A stretch of DNA of 64,000 nucleotides from an uncultured Bacteroidales bacterium (lineage in GTDB: Bacteria > Bacteroidota > Bacteroidia > Bacteroidales > FEN-979): NCBI GenBank assembly GCA_903916595.1, contig CAIWXI010000135.1, forward strand, positions 8,584-72,583. Reading direction: 5' to 3'. Each line of letters starts with the position of its first letter. Position 1 is the stretch's first letter. Below the pieces are notes generated by a model. The model did not search any database and was not told where the DNA came from. It saw only the letters and a list, made by a program, of their open reading frames with translations. The position numbers were made by a program, and so were the translations under genes. This document shows positions 53,808 to 61,245 of this stretch, in pieces.

Positions 53808-54497
53808 ATGGAAAATCTTTTATTGAAATACATGGGGCAGGGTCTTACTGAAGTTTTTACGCAGACAGGCATATCGGTCAAGCCTATCGTAACTATCAGC
53901 CGGGAATTCGGATGCCCTTCCAAATTGATCGCGCAGATGCTCACAGATGCTATCAATAAAAGGGCAGGAGAACACCCTTATAAGAAGTGGAAATTCATAA
54001 ATAAGGAAGTGCTTGAGTCAGCGGCGAAGGAATTTCAGCTTAACCCTTCGGATGTAAAGTATCTGCTTGGCCTCGGTGAAAAAGGACTTCTTGAGGATTT
54101 CCTGGTGTCGTTTTCTTCAAACTATGTAAGCAATCTTAAAGTGAAACACACGCTTCACAAAGTGGTAAACACTATCGCCGATACCGGTCACGTTGTTTTT
54201 GTTGGAAGGGGAAGTGCGGCAATACTTCATGGCCGGCAGCACGCTCTTCATGTTCGGATTCAGGCTCCGGTCGAATGGAGGGCTCATTCAGTTTGTGAAA
54301 TGAGAAATATCGATATGATGGAAGCAAGAAGGATGATGGAGGCGACCGATAAAAAGAGGACTGCTTTGTTTGAACTCATCCTGGGCCGTAAGATGGATCC
54401 TTACATCTTCGATGTGGTTTTCAACTGTTCCACCCTCACACAACAACAGATCGTCGGTGCCATCACCGGGATGATGGAAGCCCGCGAAATGCTCTGA
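53808..54497 (+). CDS. Cytidylate-kinase-like family protein
   Basis: The ATG at 53808 gives MENLLLKYM.... ITISREFGCPSKLIAQML is typical of this family and a standard P-loop is lacking. The track start at 53760 is a less likely TTG/upstream start. Confidence 0.65.
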   Translation: MENLLLKYMGQGLTEVFTQTGISVKPIVTISREFGCPSKLIAQMLTDAINKRAGEHPYKKWKFINKEVLESAAKEFQLNPSDVKYLLGLGEKGLLEDFLVSFSSNYVSNLKVKHTLHKVVNTIADTGHVVFVGRGSAAILHGRQHALHVRIQAPVEWRAHSVCEMRNIDMMEARRMMEATDKKRTALFELILGRKMDPYIFDVVFNCSTLTQQQIVGAITGMMEAREML

Positions 54498-54519
54498 TCG
54501 CAGTCGATCTCAATAAAAT

Positions 54520-54547
54520 CGTACATCGTACATCGTACATCGTACAT
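54520..54547. repeat. Heptamer array CGTACAT x4
   Basis: Four perfect copies of the same unit as 3368-3521, followed by a T8 run. It lies 30 nt upstream of tRNA-Pro. Confidence 0.95.
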
Positions 54548-54577
54548 TTTTTTTACCTTTGCAGCCCTTAATTAGCT

Positions 54578-54651
54578 CGGGATGTAGCGCAGTTGGCTAG
54601 CGCACCACGTTCGGGACGTGGGGGTCGGAAGTTCGAGTCTTCTCATCCCGA
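54578..54651 (+). tRNA. tRNA-Pro (anticodon CGG)
   Basis: Folded by hand. Acceptor is cgggatg/catcccg, D arm gcgc/gcgc, anticodon stem ccacg/cgtgg with loop ttCGGga, and T arm ggaag-ttcgagt-cttct. 74 nt, with no encoded CCA. Confidence 0.9.
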
Positions 54652-54658
54652 CTTTTTT

Positions 54659-54731
54659 GCCTCTTTAGCTCAGTTGGTAGAGCAACTGATTCGTAATTAG
54701 TAGGTCGGGGGTTCAAGTCCCCTGAGAGGCT
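54659..54731 (+). tRNA. tRNA-Thr (anticodon CGT)
   Basis: Folded by hand. Acceptor is gcctctt/gagaggc, D arm gctc/gagc, anticodon stem actga/ttagt with loop ttCGTaa, and T arm ggggg-ttcaagt-cccct. 73 nt. Confidence 0.9.
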
Positions 54732-54770
54732 CGGAATCAAGCGGTTATAAGCTGATATAAAATACAAAAT

Positions 54771-54814
54771 CTTGAATGAAATTGTCTAAAAACAAGAAAT
54801 TCAAGGTTTTTTTT
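54771..54814 (+). terminator. Intrinsic terminator after the tRNA pair
   Basis: The stem is cttgaat ... attcaag, followed by g plus T8. Confidence 0.5.
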
Positions 54815-55064
54815 ATGCGCTAAATATGCGCTATCAAGAAGAATGAAAGTAGGATTTCCTTTGTTTTCCTACGTTTTACTTGTTCCTTTTTTTATTCCCC
54901 AAAGTCAAATTGATAGCATTGAGGTGTAGATGGCTTCAACCTCTATCCCTCACCCTCAAATGCAATTATTTCAATTTTGACTATTTTTATCAGTTATTTC
55001 TCACAAAAACTATTTACGTTTAAGGAATCAAATACTGAAGTATTGCAGTAATCTCAGGTTTCCT

Positions 55065-55104
55065 CCCAATCGCTCGAAGGCTGAGCGATTTTGGGAACTT
55101 TTTT
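55065..55104. terminator. Orphan stem-loop with T-run on the plus strand
   Basis: aatcgctc-gaaggct-gagcgatt is a perfect 8-bp stem, extendable with ccc/ggg, followed by aactttttt. No annotated plus-strand gene lies upstream. It is 107 nt downstream of the minus-strand flavoprotein gene. Confidence 0.4.
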
Positions 55105-55210
55105 CAATCTGTAAGATTTGATTACATAAAAGGAACAGGAAGTTCCGGCAACCTATTCAAATCGATTTCCCCATCAAGGATAGCCTTTTGCGGATTTCCA
55201 ACTTCTTGAT

Positions 55211-55846
55211 CTACCTGATAAAATTGGTAATCACCTTCTTTTCGGGTAATGGTGGTTGAATAGTACCTGCTGTAGCTTCTTTCATTTTCAACAGCCAGCA
55301 TATGTTTTTACCCAAAATATGCATAGTTTGCACACCTTCACCATCTTGGGATACCTCATTGGGTGTTCTGCCATGAATTACATTCCAGTAAATGGACGTG
55401 GCAACAAGCATTTCGCCATAGGTTATAAAATGGTTTAAACTATCCAATGTAGCTGAACCGCCAGTGCGTCTTACTGCAACCACTGCTGCTGCTACCTTAT
55501 GACGCAAAAGGTTCCCATTTGCTCGTGAAACGTAGAACACCCTGTCTAAAAAACATTTCATAGTACCAGCAATGCCTGAAACATGCACTGGAGAGCCAAG
55601 GATAATGCCATCGGCTGCTTTTATTATTTGTATCCATTGGTTTAAATCATCAGTTCTTATGCTGCATTTTTCATCTTGGTTGTCGGCACATTTCCCGCAT
55701 GCTAAGCACCCATGAATCAATTTATGCCCGACATGCAGAATCTCGAATTCAATACCATTTGCAAGGAGTTCATCACCAACCATTGTTAGTGCATGAAAGG
55801 TATTGCCTTCCTTTTTGGGACTGCCATTAATTGCGATTACTTTCAT
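55211..55846 (-). CDS. Flavodoxin-family NAD(P)H-dependent FMN reductase (iron-sulfur flavoprotein-like)
   Basis: 211 aa. Has MKVIAINGSPKKEGNT and a Cys cluster, HGCLACGKC. Confidence 0.8.
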   Translation of the reverse strand: MKVIAINGSPKKEGNTFHALTMVGDELLANGIEFEILHVGHKLIHGCLACGKCADNQDEKCSIRTDDLNQWIQIIKAADGIILGSPVHVSGIAGTMKCFLDRVFYVSRANGNLLRHKVAAAVVAVRRTGGSATLDSLNHFITYGEMLVATSIYWNVIHGRTPNEVSQDGEGVQTMHILGKNICWLLKMKEATAGTIQPPLPEKKVITNFIR

Positions 55847-56176
55847 AAGATTAGATCGTTATAGTTTTTGTTTATCGGTTAACACCCTGACAAATTTAAG
55901 GAATTTGCAGTGATCCTTAAGAGATGCTATCATTGATTTTGTATTCTTGCAAAATTGAATTTTCTTTACCTTTGGATTTCATTAGGGGAAAATGAAACCT
56001 CAAGCCACGTTTCTTTTTTATTCACAGTCTTGTACCCGAACCCCTTAAAAAATTTGGGAATTTTCGTTCTTGTCAGAAAAAAATTCTGTCCGTTTCAATG
56101 CGTTATTGTCAATCGTTCGTTCGAGATACTGGATACTTTCAGCATCCCTAATCTGACCGGGACACTTTTAAAGCAA

Positions 56177-56539
56177 CTAATTGATTTCGTAGAACGATGC
56201 CTCCGCAGGAATAATGGGAGCCAGACAAGCACTTACGGTTTCCACGGTGGTATCTGAATCCGAAAAATCAGCCTCAGCTTGAGTTATCGGGGCGAGATCA
56301 GAAACAATGAGATTCAGATTGTCTGAATCTGAATCCATAAAATCTGCCTCAGGAGGAGTGACGGGGGCAAGAAAGGTTACAGTCGGGGAACTTGCGGGAG
56401 CAAGATCATTGTCGCTAAAATCAGCTTCCACCGGATTTACCGGAGCCAGTCTCTTCAATTCTGCCGAGTTGATGTTTGCGAAAAGGAAGTTAGAATGTGT
56501 TGCTAAAAAGATCGACAGTATATAGATTGTTGTTTTCAT
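56177..56539 (-). CDS. Small secreted repeat protein (LAPxxPxEADF units)
   Basis: 120 aa. A signal peptide is followed by LAPVNPVEADFSD, LAPVTPPEADFMD, LAPITQAEADFSD and LAPIIPAEASFYE, plus one degenerate unit. Confidence 0.55.
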   Translation of the reverse strand: MKTTIYILSIFLATHSNFLFANINSAELKRLAPVNPVEADFSDNDLAPASSPTVTFLAPVTPPEADFMDSDSDNLNLIVSDLAPITQAEADFSDSDTTVETVSACLAPIIPAEASFYEIN

Positions 56540-56804
56540 TTTCTTCTGTTTTAAAATTCTTTATTCTTTAACTTTTAACCCTGATACGACCATAAGACGT
56601 ACTTGCGTGGTTAATGTTACATCCTTTTTATTGCACTGATATCGCTTAACAAATATTTAACAATTAATTGATAATTAAAAAGATACAAGGCAAAAATATC
56701 ACTTATTTAGACTATGTAAAATTAAAAATCGATGAAAAACCGTTAAATTCCGACGAAAGGCGGAAAAAAACCGACGAAATGTTAAAGTGCAGAAAAAGAG
56801 ATGA

Positions 56805-57917
56805 TTACATGTGTGCTTCGGCGAGTGTCCCGTTAATCAGGTAATTGCCCATGCACTGCGAAGCCAGGCATGAATGTACCGGTAAAATCCCCAGCAGATC
56901 CCCACATCTGATCGAGAGGAACACTTCATTACTTACTTTAATCACGCCATGTTCCTGTGAAACAGATTTCACGTAGCAATCATAAAGTGGCTCGGACCAT
57001 CCTTCGGCCGAGAGGGTACAAACAAACCCATAAATAGTTTTATCTACATAGAAAACAGATTCTTTTGACAAGTGAACGGCGCCTCCGTAAACTACTATTT
57101 CCTTTCTTGTTGCATTTTTTGACACTACCGGGCAGGCAAGGCAAACAGCAATTCTGCCGGCTTCGCAACTCCCTATAACAGTCTGCATAACATCGAAAAA
57201 GACAAAATTTCCGGGTCTGATCTCATCAATGCCATCAAAGTTGCTCAGAAGGCTGCATGCAGGCGTGTCGCCAACAGAAAGAGTCAATGAGTCCGGACCG
57301 CTGTCAAACTTGGCTTTTAGTGAACCAAGCAGCCGGAATGCCTCCTTACTGATCATTTCGACCTCATTTTTGCATCTTGCATTATAAGTATGTCCGGTAT
57401 GGGTGAGGAATCCTTTAAACAGCAATGAGTAGCTTTGCCGGCAGGTGTTGATGATTTTTTCAATCTCTTCGATTTCGGAAGGTATCAACCCTGTCCTGTT
57501 GTAGCCGGTGTCTATTTTAATATATACTCCTGTCGGTTCTTCTGAGTTTTTTTTATGCCGGCTGAAAAGTTCTAAAGGTTCGGCCATCGTTACAAGAATA
57601 TTCAGTCTGGCTTTATCGGAGAGATCGATGATTTCATCCGACTCCCGAAGGTTAAGGGGGAAAGCAATAGTAATATCGTCCCAGCCGTCTTCATTGAAAT
57701 ATTTAGCCATTGAAACACTCGAAACAGTAATTGATTTAATACCCTCTTCCCTGAACCATCGCCCCATTTGCTTTGACTGGTGGGTTTTGAAATGCGGCCT
57801 GAAGTTCACGCCAAGCCTTGCGGCTTTTTCGGCCATCCACCTGATATTTTCCCTGCAGATGGCTTCATCAACCAACAACGTGGGGCGTTTAATACTATCC
57901 AGAGATATATTCACCAT
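56805..57917 (-). CDS. D-TA family PLP-dependent enzyme (D-threonine aldolase / D-serine dehydratase-like, alanine racemase N-domain fold)
   Basis: 370 aa. PTLLVDE...FRPHFKTHQS has the PLP-lysine context, and the C-terminal domain has a conserved H..C pattern. The start codon lies inside a CACCATTT unit at 57912-57919. Confidence 0.75.
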   Translation of the reverse strand: MVNISLDSIKRPTLLVDEAICRENIRWMAEKAARLGVNFRPHFKTHQSKQMGRWFREEGIKSITVSSVSMAKYFNEDGWDDITIAFPLNLRESDEIIDLSDKARLNILVTMAEPLELFSRHKKNSEEPTGVYIKIDTGYNRTGLIPSEIEEIEKIINTCRQSYSLLFKGFLTHTGHTYNARCKNEVEMISKEAFRLLGSLKAKFDSGPDSLTLSVGDTPACSLLSNFDGIDEIRPGNFVFFDVMQTVIGSCEAGRIAVCLACPVVSKNATRKEIVVYGGAVHLSKESVFYVDKTIYGFVCTLSAEGWSEPLYDCYVKSVSQEHGVIKVSNEVFLSIRCGDLLGILPVHSCLASQCMGNYLINGTLAEAHM

Positions 57918-57920
57918 TTA

Positions 57921-57967
57921 TTCACGAATTGTCTATTTTATTTGTGTTCATTACGGCTTCGCCGAAC
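57921..57967. repeat. Dispersed intergenic leader element, copy B
   Basis: Aligns to 15743-15793. The 20-mer tcattacggcttcgccgaac is identical at 57948-57967. A weaker third copy lies at about 37290-37320. Confidence 0.8.
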
Positions 57968-58006
57968 ACCATTTCACCATTTCACCATTTCACCATTTCA
58001 CCATTT
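57967..58006. repeat. Octamer tandem array CACCATTT x5
   Basis: Five perfect copies, ending 2 nt before the DPP-IV stop codon (58009-58011). Confidence 0.95.
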
Positions 58007-58008
58007 CA

Positions 58009-60141
58009 CTAAAGGTAATCCCTGAAGTACTCGTACATCTTCACATTCAGATGCACCCTGTCCTTACCACGAACATTGTGCTCATGCCCGGGATAGATAA
58101 AATAATCGACCTGTTTGCCTTCATCCACACATTTTTTAATGAACGACAGTCCGTTCTGGGGCACCACGGTGCCGTCCTGGTATCCCTGTATAATAAGAAG
58201 TTTGCCATTGAGTTGTTTCACATAATTAAGCAGGGAAGCATTTTTATAACCATCGGGATTAGTCTGGGGCATATCCATATAGCGTTCACCGTACATTACT
58301 TCATAGTATTTCCAGTCGATCACCGGCCCGCCGCAGACTCCGACTTTGAATACACCGGGGTTCCTTAGCATCATTGAAATAGTCATAAAGCCCCCGTAAG
58401 ACCAGCCGTTAATACCAATCCTTGTGCTGTCAACAAAGGGTAGCGACTTCAGGTATTTCACCCCGCACATCTGGTCTTCCACCTCATCATCTCCAAGGTG
58501 GCGGAAAACAGCCTGCTCAAACTCCTTTCCCCTTTCCGATGTACCTCTGTTGTCAAGTGTAAATACCACATTACCCCTTTCGGCCAGGTAATTCAGGAAA
58601 AGACCGGATCCACCCAGCCAGCTATCGGTCACCATTTGCGAATGCGGCCCTCCGTAAACATAGATGATCACAGGGTAGCGTTTCGATGAGTCAAAGTCAA
58701 CGGGTTTGATCATTCGGCAATACAGCCCGGTATTCTGATTGTTTTTGATCGTGAAAATGCTCAGCTTTCCGATCTTAAAATATTTCAGAGGATTGGCATC
58801 GGTGAGAAGTTCCTGTTTAACGGCCCCATGGGCATCCAGGAGTTCTATTTTACGGGCCATTGAAGGATTTGAGTAGGTGTCGAGAATAAAATTGCCATCC
58901 TTACTTATTTTTGGATTATGGCTTCCTGCGGATGAGGTGATCCCGCTTACCAGTCCTGATTTAAGGTCAAGTGAACAGAGAAGCCTCCCGATGGGATTCC
59001 CTTTATTGCACATAAAGAAGATTTTTTCACCTTTTGCATCTGTGCCATTGAATGAGCTCACTTCCCAGGGGCCTTTGGTAAGTTGTTTAATAAGTTTTCC
59101 CGAGGATTCATACAGGTAAAAATGATTATTTCCATCGCGGCGGCTCAGCCAGAGAAACCGGGAGGCATCTTTGTTTATGAATTCTGGACCGTTGAGGGGT
59201 TCCACGTATTTAGGATCGGTTTCAAGAAAGAGAGTTTTAATAAACTTCCCGGTACCGGAATCATAGGTTTTCATCCACATGCTGTCCTGCTCACGGTTTA
59301 ATACAGCAACATAAATGAGTTTGCCATCGGGACTCCAGGTGACATTGGTCAGATATTTTGCAGTGTCGGCTCCTGTTTCCAGTTCAACATGAGTTCCGGT
59401 GGAAATAGAAAAAACATGCACATTTACACTGTGGCTCTTTTGCCCTGCCATTGGATATTTTGTTGCATCTAAAACAGCTATGGGATCTGTGATATCAACT
59501 GTGGGGTAAGATGCCACCCCGGTTTCGTTCATATAATAATACGCCAGCCTGTCCCCCTCGGGCGACCAGAAAGTTCCCTTGCTGATGCCGAACTCATTAC
59601 GGTGGACGCGGTTCGATCCAAATGAAATATCAGGATTGCCGGAGCTTTCAACTTTGAGTTCCTTTCCATCTACACTTACAAAAAGGGCATTTTTAATAGT
59701 ATATGCTGTATTGAACTGCGGATTGGTCAGGTCGGTATTCTCTACATTTCCGGGCCAGGAATTGAGTTTTCGCAGAATGCCATCCGCCGTGTTATAACTG
59801 AATAATGTATTCTTTGAAATGAAACTGAAAGTGTTTGTTTTATATGCAGTTACAACCGGGAATCTGCTCAGGGTATCTGCTTTGGTTTCTTTAAGCCTGG
59901 AATTCAATACACTAAGCCGGAGCAGGGTATCCACCCGTGAATTATCGGCATACCCTTTGACCAGGCAGTTCTTAGCTACGAAATACCAGGTGTTGTCATC
60001 CCCGTTCCATTGCAGCTGCGAAAGATTTTTTGCTATGAGTCCCGTTCCCAGCGTGGCTTCGTCCATGCTCATCAGTTTCGACTGGGCAAGAAGAAGGCCC
60101 GGAAGAACCAGGCCTGCAATGATTATAATTAAGCGTTTCAT
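58009..60141 (-). CDS. S9 family serine peptidase, dipeptidyl-peptidase IV type
   Basis: 710 aa. It has a signal peptide, an N-terminal DPP-IV beta-propeller region and the catalytic GWSYGG with downstream Asp/His regions. Confidence 0.9.
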   Translation of the reverse strand: MKRLIIIIAGLVLPGLLLAQSKLMSMDEATLGTGLIAKNLSQLQWNGDDNTWYFVAKNCLVKGYADNSRVDTLLRLSVLNSRLKETKADTLSRFPVVTAYKTNTFSFISKNTLFSYNTADGILRKLNSWPGNVENTDLTNPQFNTAYTIKNALFVSVDGKELKVESSGNPDISFGSNRVHRNEFGISKGTFWSPEGDRLAYYYMNETGVASYPTVDITDPIAVLDATKYPMAGQKSHSVNVHVFSISTGTHVELETGADTAKYLTNVTWSPDGKLIYVAVLNREQDSMWMKTYDSGTGKFIKTLFLETDPKYVEPLNGPEFINKDASRFLWLSRRDGNNHFYLYESSGKLIKQLTKGPWEVSSFNGTDAKGEKIFFMCNKGNPIGRLLCSLDLKSGLVSGITSSAGSHNPKISKDGNFILDTYSNPSMARKIELLDAHGAVKQELLTDANPLKYFKIGKLSIFTIKNNQNTGLYCRMIKPVDFDSSKRYPVIIYVYGGPHSQMVTDSWLGGSGLFLNYLAERGNVVFTLDNRGTSERGKEFEQAVFRHLGDDEVEDQMCGVKYLKSLPFVDSTRIGINGWSYGGFMTISMMLRNPGVFKVGVCGGPVIDWKYYEVMYGERYMDMPQTNPDGYKNASLLNYVKQLNGKLLIIQGYQDGTVVPQNGLSFIKKCVDEGKQVDYFIYPGHEHNVRGKDRVHLNVKMYEYFRDYL

Positions 60142-60151
60142 ACAATTGTTA

Positions 60152-61231
60152 TCAGATATAAACTGTTGGCGTGATGTCGCCTTTCAGCACCATGATTCCG
60201 TTCTGGGCAAGGGCTCTCATTTCGTCTTCGCCGGGATAGATCTGTACAGGAGCCAGTTTATAAACCCTTTCGTGTATCCAGCTCACGAACATTTTATCGT
60301 AGGCAACACCCCCGGTGATAAGGATTGCTTCGCATTCGCATTTGAGCACGGTATACATTTCGCCTATCATCTTGGCAACCTGGTAAGCCATGGCCTGGTA
60401 GATAAGTTTTGCATATTCGTCGCCTGCCTTCACGCGCTCTTCCACCTCGGCAGCATTATTTGTGCCAAGGTAGGCTACAAGCCCGCCTTCACCGGTTACC
60501 ATTTTCTTGATCTGCCTTAGATCGTATTCCCCGCCAAAACACATTTTTATAAGCTGGTTCACCGGCAGAGTGCCGCTGCGTTCAGGGCTGAAGGGGCCTT
60601 CGCCGTCAACACCCTGGTTCACATCAATGACTTTCCCTTTCTTATGAGCACCTACAGTGGCGCCTCCGCCAAGATGTGCCACAATAAGATTAATGTCTTC
60701 GTAACGTTTCTGAACAGCCCGCGCATATTCCCTGGCGATGGCTTTCTGGTTCAGGGCATGGAATATAGATATACGTTTGAAAAGCGGATGGCCGGCAATC
60801 CTCGCCAGGGGTTCAAGCTCGTCAACTACCACGGGGTCTGCAATATAGGCCCTTGCCCCTGGTATATTCCTGACCAGGTCATGAGCGATGAGTCCGCCGA
60901 GATTGCTGGCATGCTCGGTCTCGGCATGGATCAGGTCGTGGATCATTGATTCATTGACCTCGTAAACCCCCGAAGCGATGGGTTTAAGAACGCCCCCTCT
61001 TCCAACAACGGCCCTGACCTGTTCAAGGTTTATTCCGGCCTCTGTAAGCTGCTGAATTATAATGTTCTTCCGGAACTGGAACTGGTCGGTGATCTTATGA
61101 AAAGGAGCCAGGTCTTCAGAAGTGTGTTTGATTGTCTTCAGGAAGACCGCTTTGTCGTTCTGAAATACAGCAATTTTAGTCGAAGTTGATCCAGGGTTAA
61201 CAGCGATAACCCTGACATTGTCCATTTCCAT
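60152..61231 (-). CDS. buk: Butyrate kinase
   Basis: 359 aa. Has the ASKHA fold N-terminus, VIAVNPGSTSTKIAVF, and full-length butyrate kinase features. Confidence 0.9.
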   Translation of the reverse strand: MEMDNVRVIAVNPGSTSTKIAVFQNDKAVFLKTIKHTSEDLAPFHKITDQFQFRKNIIIQQLTEAGINLEQVRAVVGRGGVLKPIASGVYEVNESMIHDLIHAETEHASNLGGLIAHDLVRNIPGARAYIADPVVVDELEPLARIAGHPLFKRISIFHALNQKAIAREYARAVQKRYEDINLIVAHLGGGATVGAHKKGKVIDVNQGVDGEGPFSPERSGTLPVNQLIKMCFGGEYDLRQIKKMVTGEGGLVAYLGTNNAAEVEERVKAGDEYAKLIYQAMAYQVAKMIGEMYTVLKCECEAILITGGVAYDKMFVSWIHERVYKLAPVQIYPGEDEMRALAQNGIMVLKGDITPTVYI

Positions 61232-61245
61232 AATTCTTCAGTTTT

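Noticed and set aside
54578-54731. tRNA pair as an integration hotspot for a genomic island
   Set aside because: No integrase, no direct repeat of a tRNA 3' end and no mobility genes occur within the following 10 kb. The downstream genes are ordinary metabolic genes.
56045-56176. Forty stop-free codons (KCPGQIRDAESIQYLERTIDNNALKRTEFFSDKNENSQIF) in the same frame as the 120-aa repeat protein, after TAG-Leu-Leu-TAA
   Set aside because: It could be a decayed C-terminus or readthrough. However, two stops intervene and there is no ATG. Forty open codons in AT-rich DNA is only mildly unlikely (I estimate a few percent). The evidence is not enough to call a pseudogene.
55955-56257. 100-aa plus-strand ORF in the AT-rich gap
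   Set aside because: It overlaps the 3' end of the minus-strand repeat-protein gene, uses hydrophobic low-complexity codons, and has no motif or promoter box.
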